From: Rebecca billardiae RCC1528
Lineage: Eukaryota; Protista; Haptophyta
NCBI GenBank assembly: GCA_965240325.2
Contig: OZ251241.1
Location: 1,054,001 to 1,118,000, forward strand
Length of the DNA: 64,000 nucleotides
Reading direction: 5' to 3'
Under the pieces are notes generated by a model. The model was not told where the DNA came from. It did not search any database and was given only the letters and a program-made list of their open reading frames with translations. The translations under genes were made by a program, and so were the position numbers. Below are positions 35,056-47,351 of this stretch, one piece after another; the first letter of the stretch is position 1; each line of letters begins with the position of its first letter.

Positions 35056-36318
35056 CTACCCATCGTGCGCCTCAGCTGCGCCAGCGGTCCCGTTGGGCGC
35101 GCGCGTCTCCGAGGCGGCGTGCGCGCCGCCGCTCTCGTCCAAGTTGCCCTTGGCGTCGCCGTTCGCACCGGCGCGCGCGGCAGCGGACGTCGGCTGCGCT
35201 GGCTGTGAGCACGCTTGCTGCGTCTGCCTCAATCGGCTGGCGTCGCGCGCGAGCGCCTCCTTGGTCTTCGCGGCCAGGGCCTGTCCCACCGCGCGCGGTC
35301 CGCGGCGCGCGCCCAGAGGAGGAGGCGATGATGAGTGCCAGGCGCCTTTGCGGACGCACGGGCCTACCGGGCGCAGTCGGCGCGCTCGGCGCGAGCGAAA
35401 CGCGCGCGTACGGTGATCTGCGCCTTCAGCGCCTCCTTCTCCTCCTTCGACGCGTGCTTCATGCCCGCCAGTCGAGCAAGCAGCACCTGCGGAGCCGACA
35501 TGCGCGCGCGTGCACACGCGGCAGAAGCACGTTAGGTGCACAGAGTGAGGGAGCGAGGGGTGGCGCGCAGCAGTAGGGCGTGCGCGGGCGCGCAAGGGCG
35601 CGTCGGCACCGCGAGTCTAGCACGGGCGGGCCACGCGGTCCTCCGCCCCGGCGGACGCGAGCGCGGCGGGCCTCGCGTGCGGCGTGTGCGGCGAGGCCGC
35701 AGCAGCGCACGGGCCTGGGGCGCGCAGGGCGCCGCGCACGCCGATCGGTGTGCGCACCTTCTGCTCCGCCAGTTGCGACTTGATGGCAGCGGCGCTGCCG
35801 CTGTCGCCCGCGCGGCGCGCGCCCGCACCCTCGCCGCCGGCCGCGCCGCCCTCGCCGCCTCCTCCGCCGCTGCCCGCGCTGCCGCCCTCGGCACTCGGCC
35901 GCGCGCGCGACTCCACGCCGAGCGCGCCCTCGTGCCTCGGCCCGCTGAGCGGCGCGTGGTGCGGCGCGCGCGCCCTCCAGCCGTCGCGGTGGTGTCCCGA
36001 TGCCGCGCCGTCCGCGCCGAACGGCTCCGGCGGCTGGGCCGGCCGCTGGTTGTGTGGCCGCGCCCACGCCACACCGACAGGGCTCCCCTCGAGCTCGTGC
36101 GCGGCGCACAGCACGGCCGCCTCAGCCTCGGCGCGCGTGTTGAACTGCACGAACGCGTTGCGCGTGTGCGGCCGCACCTCGATGTTGAGGATCGCGCCGA
36201 ACTGGCCGAAGTGCCCGTTGAGCGCTGCGATTGTGTTCGACTGCGGCGGCACCCTGGACACGTAGACGGTGGTGGCGCGCGGGTGGCTGCAGCCGCTGCC
36301 TTTGGCGGCGGCGCCGGC

Positions 36319-36362
<44 letters not shown>

Positions 36363-38240
36363 CGGCACTGCCGCCACTGCCCGAGAGGGGCACCGGGGGC
36401 GGCGCACGCCCCGGCGACGGCTGCCCGGCCGGCGCGGCGTGCTCGCCCTGATGCGCCGCCCGCGCTGCCGACGGCGCCGGCAGCTGCTGCCCAAACTGCT
36501 CCCACGCCTCACACGGCCTCGCGTGCGCAGCGCGTGGCGAGACGGCCGCGCCGCCGCCGTTCGGGTGGCGCATGCCCAGCGCCTCGCCCGCGCGGGCGGC
36601 CGCGGCCGCGAGCATCGCGCTGTCCATGCCTCCAGGCGCGCAGCCGAGCGCGGGCACCGGAGGCGGGACGATGCCCGCGAGCAGCGCGGGCAACGGCGGC
36701 GGCGGTCCACAGCCGGGCGGAGGCGGCGCGCCCGACCCCGGGCCGAACGGCACGTCCGCCGGGCGATGCATGGGCGACCTGCCGTCGCGCGGGCCCCGTG
36801 CGCCTGGGTGCGCAGGGCCCGCGGGCGGCATCGGCGAGAGGCCACGAGGCGGCGGCAGCGGGGGCTGGTGCTGCTGCGGCTGCTGCCACGGCCCACCCTG
36901 AGGCGGCAGCGGCGGCTGCTGCTGCTGCTGCTGCTGCCAGTGCCCAGCTGGTGGCGGCGGCAGCGGCGGCTGCTGCCAGTGCGCACGCATCCGGCTACCG
37001 CCGCCGCCAGCGTCGGACGACCACGCTCTCGGGCCGTAGCCGTCGCCTGCCCCGAGCCCAACGTCGGCGGGCGGCCGGCCTGGCGGCATGGGCGGCCGGT
37101 AGTGAGCGCCGCCCGCGCCGCCCCACGAGCGGTGATCCTCGCCGCCAGGCGGCATCGGGCCGCCTGGCGCGTGCGCAGCCCACGGGCCGCGCTCCCCCGG
37201 CGATGGGCGGCCGTCGCGCGCACGCTCAGCGCGATGCCAGCCGGACCCACCCGGTGCACCCGGACTGATGGGCGCGCCGTAGTCGGCGCAAGTCCGGGGC
37301 GGATTCCAACCGCCGCCTCCATACGCGGCCGAGGCGCCGTGCCCGCCGCCGTGCGCGCCCCAGCCCATGCCGCCGTGGCGCTCGGTGCCCCGACGCCCGG
37401 CCGAGGGCGGCGAGCGCGGCGGCGAGCGGGCCCTCGCTCGCTCGGCTCGTGCCGGCGCCGTGCGCTCCGTGCGCGCCGACTCAGCGCGCTCCGCGCGCCC
37501 CAAGTCTCCGCGCGCACGCTTGGCCGCGCTCGGGGTCGCGCGCTCGGGCGTGTCCTCTGGCTCGCGACGGCGGCGTGCAGCGTGCGCCTCGGCTGTGGGC
37601 GGGCTGGATCGCCTGCCCTCGCTCCGATTGCCGCCGCCGCCCTCGTCGCCGCCGCTGCTGCCGCCGCCGCCAACGCCGTAGCCGACGACGTCGCCGTCGT
37701 CGTCGTCGTCGTCGTCGTCGTCCTGCTCCTCGTCATCGTCGCCTCGTCGGCGCCGCCGCTTCCGCCTCGCGCCGCGCTCGTTGGAGACGAAGGAGCGCGC
37801 GGCGATCGCGTCGAAGAGCTCGGTGACGATGCGCTGCGTCTCTGCGCGCGTCGCGTCGCGGCGGCGGATGGCGCGGACGGGATGCGAGCACTGTGGGTGC
37901 GGACGCGTCACACCCGCTGCGCGCCGCTGAGCGCATGCGCGGCAAGGCGCACCGTCTTCGAGGGCACCGGCAAGTCGCTGGCTGCACTGCTCTTGCAGCT
38001 CATCGGGCGTACCCTCCGACTTCAGCACGGCGAACACGGACTCGGCAAGGCTGGGTGAATCCCCATCGCTGCGCGCGCGGCGGAAGGGTCGTCGGGCGTG
38101 CGCAGTGAGCGCGCGCGCAAACCGCGGGAGGACGCTGGACGGGCGCGTCGCGCCGGGCGGGATCGGGCGGCTCACAAGGGCTCGAGCTTTCTGACGAGGT
38201 ACGTGAGCAGGTGCTCGGCGTCCCACTCGTCGAAGAGCAT
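35056..38240 (-). CDS. RBM26/RBM27-like RNA-binding protein (PWI-like + Pro-rich + RRM), multi-exon
   Basis: N-terminal MLFDEWDAEHLLTYLVRKLEP..SLAESVFAVLK..ETQRIVTELFDAI is PWI-like. RRM: TVYVSRVPPQSNTIAALNGHFGQFGAILNIEV..AFVQF. The 3' exon boundaries are approximate. Confidence 0.8.
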
Positions 38241-39078
38241 GAGTGCCGCGCGAGGTCAGGCCGCACGATCGGTGTCCGCCATGCTGACCGGATGGCCCGC
38301 GGGCCGCGGCGGCTTTCGGCGCCAGCTCATTCCGATGGCGGCCGAACACGCCGCAGGTGATGATGCCGCGCGCCGCGGACGTGGACGTGCTCGTCGACGA
38401 CGATGGCGGGCTGGAGTTCTCGGACGACAGCCTGTCTGAGTCTGATGCGATGCATCACAAAGCCGTCGCCGCCGGCTCTTCCCACGCGAAGGTGGCGTTT
38501 CGCACCGCGCCGAGCGGCCCATGCCGGCCAAGGCAGCAGTCGATATCTGACGACATTCACGGTGGGAGTGTGGCGGCAGCGGACACCGAACCTCGTGTAT
38601 CCGGGATGTAGCTCGTCAAGGGGGAACCCTCTCGACTCTGTGTTCCAGTGTGTAAGCGCGCCCGGGGCATCACTTGGCTCCGCCGGTCCGATCAGACCGA
38701 TGCCATTCCGAGAACTCATCAGCGAGTCTCTGGCAGATGCGCGGGGCCCACATTGCACTCAGTGGCACATGCACATGCGCATGTGATGCGCGCTGACTCT
38801 CGCCGCGCGCCTATCCTGCTGCCGCGCGTGTGCTTGTATTTGTTTAGTGCGTGCATCATGCAGCGTCGGATAAAGTCACACTCCCGGCCCCGCCCGGGTC
38901 TGACACGGTGTCAGTCAGTGTCACACCGCCGTCGAGATCGACCGAATCATCGATCTGCTGATTCGATTTCGGATCTGATTGCGTGACGATGAGTTCTGAT
39001 TGTGATAGTAGTTGTCGTTGATACAGTGATACTCACTACTGCAATAACACTTAACAGGCTTCCGCCTAAGGCGGCTCA

Positions 39079-40710
39079 TCAGCCGTGGCCCGTACTGTAA
39101 TTTAGTACTACCGTACTGTTCGACGACGTGCGCTGCCGCTTGCTCATGCTTTCGCCGCCCTGCTCTGGTGGATGCGCATGAGCGAGGTCCACCGCCACGG
39201 CCTCCAACAGCGTGCACGCCTCGCGCGGATCCTCGTCCTTGAACGCACTCCAACGCGCCTGGCTCACGATCGCCTTCAAGTTGGCCTTCACCACAGCGCG
39301 CGCTGCCTCGCTGATCCGAGAGCCAGCTCCCGCCGCGCGCGCGTGCCGCAGGATGTCCAGGCAGTTGTCCGCGTCCAGCACGCCCAGCACCGCCTCCTCG
39401 CACCGACCCGCCACGAGGCCCAGCAGGTCAGCACCAGCGGGCGCAGAGGCCGCCTCGGCTGCGTCTGGCCCAGACGGCCGTGCGCCTTGCACGCTCCCAG
39501 CAGCACCCTCGCCGGGCGGCTGCAGCTTGCACGCCAGCCGAAGCAGCTCGAGCACCTCGCCCGGCTCGGTGGGCAGCTCGGCGCGACCGCCCGCGTGCAG
39601 CTGGCGCAGCAGCGCCTCGTGCGCCGCCGAGCTGAAGTCAGGGTCGGCGTCCACCTCGCGCCGGCTGCCTTCGGCCAGGCCGCCGCCCAGCTGCCGCGCA
39701 AAGTAGCTCGAGCCGTGGATCAGGAGCGCGCGGCTGCCGCCCAGCTGCGTGCCGTCCGCGCAGCGGAACACCACGTCGTGCCGCGCGGCGGACGGCTCGC
39801 TCACCAACGCCGACTGCGACAGCAGCTGCTCGTGCGACGCGCGCAGCTCGTCGACCTCCTGCGCCAGCCGGGCGCACTGCGCGCCCGCCGAGCGCAGCGC
39901 GCGCTCACAGCACTCGTCATCGCGCACGAGCTTCTTCGCAGCCTGCATGCAGGCGTCCCCGCTGTCGGCGCCGGCGTCGTGGTGCGCACGACGCAGCAGC
40001 GCGCCCACGGCCTGCTCGTTGCTCGCCACCTCCGCGCGGCCGGCGGCAGAGCGTGTGAGGATATCGATCGCACGCTGTGCCCGTGTTCGAGTGGTACAGT
40101 CGGGTGAGCACGCCGTTGAAGCGAGCGGAGGGATGGCGCCAGCCTCGATGATTGGCACGCGGAGCGAGTCTGACCTGGCGAGGTTGCCGAGAGCACCCGC
40201 TGCACGGCCCAGAGCCTGCGCATTGGTGCTGGACTTGAGCAGCGCGACGAGCGGCGAGATCGCGCCAGAGTCGGCGATCGGTGCGCGGAGCGAGTCTGAC
40301 ACGGCAAGGTTGGCGAGAGCACCCGCCGCTTCCTTGCACGTCCCTACAGCATCGGTTGTCTGCAGCATGGCCACGAGGGGCTGCACCGCGCCAGCCCGTG
40401 ACACGCAGCCAGGGACATGGGCGGCGATCCTCGCGAGAGCTGCCGCCGCAGCTGCCCGAACGCTTGCTTCGCCCGATGCTCCCAGCATGCGCACGAGGGC
40501 TGCGATCGAGCCGCCTCGCTCGATTGCATCGGGCTCTTCGAGCGTGCGGCCCGGCCTCGGAACGCAGAATGGCGTGAGCGCGCTCACGATGGCCTCGTCA
40601 TCACGTGGCGTCGCCTCGAGCGCGCGCACGAGGTCAGAGAGCGTGGCGGGGCCGATAGCCGCCGAGGCGAGTGACCCAGCGCGAACCACGGCCTTCTGGA
40701 CACACGTCAT
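39079..40710 (-). CDS. ARM-repeat/BTB-BACK protein, copy 1 (1 variable ARM module, extended C-terminus)
   Basis: ARM repeats (AGAIxPLVALL...AAGALGNLA), BTB (HDVVFRCADG..SSYF..GGLAE) and BACK-like (CEEAVL..DADNCLDIL). Start placed by alignment with the paralogs. Confidence 0.9.
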   Translation of the reverse strand: MTCVQKAVVRAGSLASAAIGPATLSDLVRALEATPRDDEAIVSALTPFCVPRPGRTLEEPDAIERGGSIAALVRMLGASGEASVRAAAAAALARIAAHVPGCVSRAGAVQPLVAMLQTTDAVGTCKEAAGALANLAVSDSLRAPIADSGAISPLVALLKSSTNAQALGRAAGALGNLARSDSLRVPIIEAGAIPPLASTACSPDCTTRTRAQRAIDILTRSAAGRAEVASNEQAVGALLRRAHHDAGADSGDACMQAAKKLVRDDECCERALRSAGAQCARLAQEVDELRASHEQLLSQSALVSEPSAARHDVVFRCADGTQLGGSRALLIHGSSYFARQLGGGLAEGSRREVDADPDFSSAAHEALLRQLHAGGRAELPTEPGEVLELLRLACKLQPPGEGAAGSVQGARPSGPDAAEAASAPAGADLLGLVAGRCEEAVLGVLDADNCLDILRHARAAGAGSRISEAARAVVKANLKAIVSQARWSAFKDEDPREACTLLEAVAVDLAHAHPPEQGGESMSKRQRTSSNSTVVLNYSTGHG

Positions 40711-41604
40711 GTGGCCGCCGCAGTGGGCAGCCGCTCGTCGCCGCTCGAACGACAAGCGCTCTCGATCGACGATGATCGAGGGCTGACGATGGGGCGCATA
40801 GCCAACCGTCGTCGTTGTCGCCTGGCGGCGGCGGCCGGCGGAGCCCTCCACCGCCCGGACTCTGGGTGAACGGTCACTCCACGGCCGGGGAAGCAGCGCG
40901 ATGGCGGGCTGGAGCTCTAGGACCGCAGCCGTCTGTCTCTCTGACCCGATGCATGGCGAAGCCTTCGCTGCCCAGCCCTTGCGCTGGCAGTAAGCCGGTA
41001 TCTAGCTAGTGAGTAGCTGATGCAGCCACCGGGACCGCGCGCAGGTGGTCAGTGCCCGTGCCGAATCAGGTCCGAACCAGCTGCAGGCCGAACGGCCGAA
41101 GCACTGGGTCGATGACAGGAACTGACGACGTTCACAGCAGGAGTGTGGCGGCAGTGGGCACCAAGCTACGTGAACAACTTTCTCCGGGATGTGCGTCGCG
41201 ATGGCGGAGCTCTCTCGACTCTGCGTCAGGTGTACTCTCCACACGCCCAGGGCCGGGCACCGCCCGTTCTCATCATCGGCCCTCGTGGCCTCGCGATCGT
41301 TCGACGACGAGGAAGCGGTCATCATCGATCGTCCTTCGTATTGAACGTACTACGCAACAATACTTGTTGCCGTCGCATCGAAAGCCTCATCATGCGCGAC
41401 GGGCGGATGAATCATCAAGCAACTTCGGTTGCACACCTACTAACTGTTATACTAGCAGGCTGGCCGTACGGACGTCAGGACCGTGCCGCTCGTCAATAGA
41501 CATCCGACGGTTCGGGACTGTCAGTCGGAGTCGGACACTCGATCGATCCGATGTAACTGATTACGAGGCTCTGCGCCGTCGCCAGTGATGCTGCGCTCTG
41601 ATGC

Positions 41605-43449
41605 TTAAGACGTGCGCTGCCGCTTGCTCGTGCTGTCGTCGCGCTGCTCTGGCGGCTGCACACGAGCGAGGTCCACCGCCACTGCCTGCATCAGCATGCA
41701 TGCCTCGAGCGAATCCTCGCGCATGAACGCACTCCAACGCTCATCACTCACGATTGCCTCCAAGTTGGCCTTCACCACAGCGCGCGCTGCCTCGCTGATC
41801 CGAGAGCCAGCTCCCGCCGCGCGCGCGTGCCGCAGGATGTCCAGGCAGTTGTCCGCGTCCAGCGCGCCCAGCACCGCCTCCTCGCACCGACCCGCCACAA
41901 GGCCCAGCAGGTCACCGCCAGCGCGCGCAGAGGCCGCCTCGGCTGCGTCTGGCCCAGACGGCCGTGCGCCTTGCGCGCTCCCAGCAGCAGCACCCTCGCC
42001 GGGCGGCTGCAGCTTGCACGCCAGCCGAAGCAGCTCGAGCACCTCGCCCGGCTCGGTGGGCAGCTCGGCGCGACCGCCCGCGTGCAGCTGGCGCAGCAGC
42101 GCCTCGTGCGCCGCCGAGCTGAAGTCAGGGTCGGCGTCCACCTCGCGCCGGCTGCCTTCGGCCAGGCCGCCGCCCAGCTGCCGCGCAAAGTAGCTCGAGC
42201 CGTGGATCAGGAGCGCGCGGCTGCCGCCCAGCTGCGTGCCGTCCGCGCAGCGGAACACCACGTCGTGCCGCGCGGCGGACGGCTCGCTCACCAACGCCGA
42301 CTGCGACAGCAGCTGCTCGTGCGACGCGCGCAGCTCGTCGACCTCCTGCGCCAGCCGGGCGCACTGCGCGCCCGCCGAGCCCAGCGCGCGCTCACAGCAC
42401 GCGTCGTCACGCACGAGCTTCTTCGCAGCCTGCATGCAGGCGTCCCCGTCGGCCGCGCCAGCGTCGTGGTGCGCACGACGCAGCAGCGCGCCCACGGCCT
42501 GCTCGTTGCTCGCCACCGCCACGCGGCCGGCGGCCGAGCTGGTGAGGGCATCGATCGCACGCTGTGCCCGTGTTCGAGTGGTACGGTCGGGTGAGCACGC
42601 CGCTGACGCGAGCGGAGGGATGGCGCCAGCCTCGACGATTGGCGCGCGGAGCGAGTCTGACTTGGCGAGGTTGTGGAGAGCACCCGCTGCACGGCCCAGA
42701 GCGTACCCATCGGTGCTGAACTTGAGCAGCGCGACGAGCGGTGTGATCGCGCCAGCCTCGGCGATCGGTGCCCGGAGCGAGTCTGACCTGGCGAGGTTGC
42801 CGAGAGCACCCGCTGCATTGCCCAGAGCGTGCGCATCGGTGCTGGACTTGAGCAGCGCGACGAGCGGTGCGATCGCACCAGCCTCGGCGATCGGTGCGCG
42901 GAGTGAGTCTGACCTGGCGAGGTTGCCGAGAGCACCCGCTGCATGGCCCAGAGCCTGCGCATTGGTGCTGGACTTGAGCAGCGCGACGAGAGGTGTGATC
43001 GCACCAGCGTCGGCGATCGGTGCGCTGAGCGAGTCAAAGGTGGCAAGGCTGCAGAGAGCAAGAGCTGCCTCCTTGTGCATCCCTTCAGCATCGGTTGTCT
43101 GCAGCATGGCCACGAGGGGCTGCACCGCGCCAGCCCATGACATGCAGCCAGGGACATGGGCGGCGATCCTCGCGAGAGCTGCCGCCGCAGCTGCCCGAAC
43201 GCTTGCTTCGCCCGATGCTCCCAGCATGCGCACGAGGGCTGCGATCGAGCCGCCTCGCTCGATGGCATCGGGCTCTTCGAGCTCGCGGCCCATCCTCGGA
43301 ACGCAGAACGGCGTGAGGGCGCTCACGATGGCCTCGTCATCACGTGGCGTCGCCTCGAGCGCGCGCACGAGGTCAGAGAGCGTGGCGGGGCCGATGGCCG
43401 CCGAGGCGAGCGACCCAGCGCGAGCCAGGGCCTCCTGGACAAATCCCAT
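41605..43449 (-). CDS. ARM-repeat/BTB-BACK protein, copy 2 (3 variable modules)
   Basis: Same architecture as copy 1; 614 aa from MGFVQEAL. Confidence 0.9.
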   Translation of the reverse strand: MGFVQEALARAGSLASAAIGPATLSDLVRALEATPRDDEAIVSALTPFCVPRMGRELEEPDAIERGGSIAALVRMLGASGEASVRAAAAAALARIAAHVPGCMSWAGAVQPLVAMLQTTDAEGMHKEAALALCSLATFDSLSAPIADAGAITPLVALLKSSTNAQALGHAAGALGNLARSDSLRAPIAEAGAIAPLVALLKSSTDAHALGNAAGALGNLARSDSLRAPIAEAGAITPLVALLKFSTDGYALGRAAGALHNLAKSDSLRAPIVEAGAIPPLASAACSPDRTTRTRAQRAIDALTSSAAGRVAVASNEQAVGALLRRAHHDAGAADGDACMQAAKKLVRDDACCERALGSAGAQCARLAQEVDELRASHEQLLSQSALVSEPSAARHDVVFRCADGTQLGGSRALLIHGSSYFARQLGGGLAEGSRREVDADPDFSSAAHEALLRQLHAGGRAELPTEPGEVLELLRLACKLQPPGEGAAAGSAQGARPSGPDAAEAASARAGGDLLGLVAGRCEEAVLGALDADNCLDILRHARAAGAGSRISEAARAVVKANLEAIVSDERWSAFMREDSLEACMLMQAVAVDLARVQPPEQRDDSTSKRQRTS

Positions 43450-44321
43450 GCCGCCGCCGCTGGGCAAGCCGCTCGTCGCCGCTCGATCGACAAGCGCTCG
43501 ATCGACGACCAAGCGTGAGCGCCGCAGCGAACCGTCGTCTTCACCGGAGCCCTCCCCGGCCCGGACTCTGGGCGAACTCGGAGAAGAACGGTCGCTCCAC
43601 GGCCGGGGAAGCAGCGCGATGGCGGGCCGGAGTTCTAGGACGGCAGCCCGTCTCTCTGATCCGATGCATGGCGAAGCCTTCGCCGCCCGGCCCTTGCGCT
43701 GGCAGTAAGCCGCTATCAAGCTACTGAGTAGCTGATGCAGCCACCGGGACCGCGCGCAGGTGGTCAGTGCCCGTGCCGAATCAGGTCCGAACCAGCTGCA
43801 GGCCGAACGGCCGAAGCACTGGGTCGATGACAGGAACTGACGACGTTCACAGCAGGAGTGTGGCGGCAGTGGGCACCAAGCTACGTGAACAACTTGCTCC
43901 GGGATGTGCGTCGCGATGGCGGAGCTCTCTCGACTCTGCGTCAGGTGTACTCTCCACACGCCCAGGGCCGGGCACCGCCCGTTCTCATCATCGGCCCTCG
44001 TGGCCTCGCAATCGTTCGACGACGAGGAAGCGGTCATGATCGATCGTCCTTAGTATTGAAACGTACTACGCAACAATACTGTACTTGTTGCCGTCGCATC
44101 GAAAGCCTCATCATGCGCGACGGGCGGATGAATCATCAAGCAACTTCGGTTGCACACTCCTACTAACTATATTGGCTAGGCTGGCCTACTGGCGGAGTCG
44201 GCGGACCGTGCCCGCTCGTCAATAGACATCGTTCGGGACTGTCAGTCGGAGTCGGACACTCGATCCGATGTAACTGATTACGAGGCTCTGCGCCGCCGCC
44301 AGTGATGCTGCGCTCTGATGC

Positions 44322-46544
44322 TTACGACGTGCGCAGCCGCTTGCTCGTGCTGTCGCCACGCTGCTGCTCTGACGACTGAGCACGAGCTAAGTCGGCCGCC
44401 ACGGCCTCCAACAGCGTGAACGCCTCGAGCGGATCCTCGCGCTTGAACGCACCCCAACGTTCATGGCTCACGATCGCCTCGAAGTTGGCCTTCACCACAC
44501 CGCGCGCTGCCTCGCTGATCCGAGAGCCAGCTCCCGCCGCGCGCGCGTGCCGCAGGATGTCCAGGCAGTTGTCCGCGTCCAGCACGCCCAGCACCGCCTC
44601 CTCGCACCGACCCGCCACGAGGCCCAGCAGGTCACCGCCAGCGCGCGCAGAGGCCGCCTCGGCTGCGTCTGGCCCAGACGGCCGTGCGCCTTGCGCGCTC
44701 CCAGCAGCACCCTCGCCGGGCGGCTGCAGCTTGCACGCCAGCCGAAGCAGCTCGAGCACCTCCCCCAGCTCGGTGGGCAGCTCGGCGCGACCGCCCGCGT
44801 GCAGCTGGCGCAGCAGCGCCTCGTGCGCCGCCGAGCTGAAGTCAGGGTCGGCGTCCACCTCGCGTCGGCTGCCCTCGGCCAGGCCGCCGCCCAGCTGCCG
44901 CGCAAAGTAGCTCGAGCCGTGGATCAGGAGCGCGCGGCTGCTGCCCAGCTGCGTGCCGTCCGCGCAGCGGAACACCACGTCGTGCCGCGCGGCGGACGGC
45001 TCGCTCACCAACGCCGACTGCGACAGCAGCTGCTCGTGCGACGCGCGCAGCTCGTCCACCTCCTGCGCCAGCCGGGCGCACTGCGCGCCCGCCGAGCCCA
45101 GCGCGCGCTCACAGCACGCGTCGTCACGCACGAGCTTCTTCGCAGCCTGCATGCAGGCGTCCCCGCTGTCTTGGTGCGCACGGCGCAGCAGAGCGCCCAC
45201 GGCCTGCTCGTTGCTCGCCACCGCCGCGCGGCCGGCGGCAGAGCGTGTGAGGGCATCGATCGCGTGCTGTGCCCGTGCTCGAGTGGTAGGGTCGGGTGAG
45301 CACGCCGCTGAAGCGAGCGGAGGGATGGCGCCAGCCTCGATGATTGGTGCGCAGAGCGAGTCTGACTCGGCGAGGTTGCAGAGAGCACCCGCTGCATCGC
45401 CCAGAGTATCCGTATCGGTGCTGGACGTGAGCAGCGCGACGAGCGGCGAGATCGCGCCAGCCTCGGCGATCTGTGCGCGGAGCGAGAGATCGCAAGCAAG
45501 GTTGCCGAGAGCACCCGCTGCCTCGCCCAGAGTATCCGTATCGGTGCTGGACGTGAGCAGCGCGACGAGCGGCGAGATCGCGCCAGCCTCGGCGATCTGT
45601 GCGCGGAGCGAGAGATCGCAAGCAAGGCTGCAGAGAGCACCCGCTGCCTCGCCCAGAGTATCCGTATCGGTGCTGGACGTGAGCAGCGCGACGAGCGGCG
45701 AGATCGCGCCAGAGTCGGCGATTGGCGCGCGGAGCGAGGGATGAAAAGCAAGGTTGCCGAGAGCACCCGCTGCATTGCACAGAGTGTTCGCATCGGTGCT
45801 GGACGCCAGCAGCGCGACGAGCGGCGAGACTGCGCCAGCCTCGGCGATCGGTGCGCGGAGCAAGGGATCGCCAGCAAGGCAGGAGAGAGCACCCGCTGCA
45901 TTGCAGAGAGCGTTCGCATCGGTGCTGGACTTGAGCAGCGCGACGAGCGGCGAGACTGCGCCAGCCTCGGCGATCGGTGCGCGGAGCAAGGGATCGCCAG
46001 CAAGGCAGGAGAGAGCACCCGCTGCATTGCAGAGAGCGTTCGCATTGGTGCTGGACGTGAGCAGCGCGACGAGCGGCGAGATCGCGCCAGCCTCGACGAT
46101 CGGTGCGCGGAGCGAGGGATCGCAAGCAAGGGTGAAGAGAGCACTCGCTGCACTGCCCAGAGCGTTCGCATCGGTGCTGGATGTCAGCAGCGCGACGAGC
46201 GGTGAGATCGCGCCAGCGTCGGCGATCGGTGCGCGGAGCGAGTCAAACGTGGCAAGGTTGCAGAGAGCAAGAGCTGCCGCCGCAGCTGCCTGAACGCTTG
46301 CTTCGCCCGATGCTCCCAGCATGCGCACGAGGGTTGCGATCGAGCCGCCTCGCTCGATTACATCGGGCTCTTCGATCGTGCGGCCCGGCCTCGGAACGCA
46401 GAATGGCGTGAGGGCGCTCACGATGGCCTCGTCATCACGTGGCGTCGCCTCGAGCGCGCGCACGAGGTCAGAGAGCGTGGCGGAGCCGATGACCGCCGAG
46501 GCGAGTGACCCAGCGCGAGCCAGGGCCTCCTGGACACACGTCAT
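44322..46544 (-). CDS. ARM-repeat/BTB-BACK protein, copy 3 (7 variable modules; 114-bp in-frame deletion)
   Basis: Same architecture; 740 aa from MTCVQEAL. Confidence 0.9.
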   Translation of the reverse strand: MTCVQEALARAGSLASAVIGSATLSDLVRALEATPRDDEAIVSALTPFCVPRPGRTIEEPDVIERGGSIATLVRMLGASGEASVQAAAAAALALCNLATFDSLRAPIADAGAISPLVALLTSSTDANALGSAASALFTLACDPSLRAPIVEAGAISPLVALLTSSTNANALCNAAGALSCLAGDPLLRAPIAEAGAVSPLVALLKSSTDANALCNAAGALSCLAGDPLLRAPIAEAGAVSPLVALLASSTDANTLCNAAGALGNLAFHPSLRAPIADSGAISPLVALLTSSTDTDTLGEAAGALCSLACDLSLRAQIAEAGAISPLVALLTSSTDTDTLGEAAGALGNLACDLSLRAQIAEAGAISPLVALLTSSTDTDTLGDAAGALCNLAESDSLCAPIIEAGAIPPLASAACSPDPTTRARAQHAIDALTRSAAGRAAVASNEQAVGALLRRAHQDSGDACMQAAKKLVRDDACCERALGSAGAQCARLAQEVDELRASHEQLLSQSALVSEPSAARHDVVFRCADGTQLGSSRALLIHGSSYFARQLGGGLAEGSRREVDADPDFSSAAHEALLRQLHAGGRAELPTELGEVLELLRLACKLQPPGEGAAGSAQGARPSGPDAAEAASARAGGDLLGLVAGRCEEAVLGVLDADNCLDILRHARAAGAGSRISEAARGVVKANFEAIVSHERWGAFKREDPLEAFTLLEAVAADLARAQSSEQQRGDSTSKRLRTS

Positions 46545-47351
46545 GTGGCCGCCGCAGTGGGCAGCCGCTCGTCGCCGCTCGAACGACAAGCGCTCTCGAT
46601 CGACGATGAGCGAGCGAGCGGTGAGCAAGCGCGCAGCCAACCGGCGTCGTTGGACTTGATTCCTTTGGTTGGAGCGGAGCCCTCCACCGCCCGGACTCTG
46701 GGTGAACGGTCGCTCCACGGCCGGGGAAGTAGCGATGGCCGATGGCGGACTAGAGTTCTAGGACGACCGCCTGTCTCTCTGACCCGATGCATGGCGAAGC
46801 TTTCGCCGCCCGGCCCTTCCGCTGGCAGTATGCCACTACCTAGACAGTGAGTAGCTGATGCAGCCGCCGGGACCGCGCGCAGTTGGTCAGTGCCCGAGCC
46901 GAATCAAGGTCCGAACCAGCTGCAGGCTGAACGGCCGAAGCACTGGGTCGATGACAGGAACTGACGACGTTCACAGCTGGAGTGTGGCGGCAGCGGGCAC
47001 CAAGCTGCGTGAACAACTTTCTCCAGGATGTGCCTGGTGATGGCGGAGCACTCTCGAATCCGCGTCAGGTGTACTGTCAGCACGCCCAGGGCCGGGCACC
47101 GACGATCGTCAATTTTCATCACCCCTCGTCCTCGATCGTTCGACGACGCGCCACGCGCACGCGATCATCGTCCTCAGTGAAACGTAATCAGTATTTATTG
47201 TCGTCGCATCGAAAGCCTCATCATGCGACGAGATGAATCATCAAGCCAGTACGAGTGCGCACCTAAAATCAGAATCGTCGGACATCATCGATCTGACTGA
47301 TGACAGATGCTGAGGCTCCGCGCCGCCGCCAGTGATGCTGCGCGCTGATGC

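Noticed and set aside
38357-38611. 84-aa acidic ORF divergent from the RBM26-like gene
   Set aside because: It could be real, but it has no motif or other support.
43450-44037. 196-aa N-terminal extension of ARM-BTB copy 2
   Set aside because: The homologous spacers have stops or frameshifts in this frame, and all paralogs align from the MxxVQE start.
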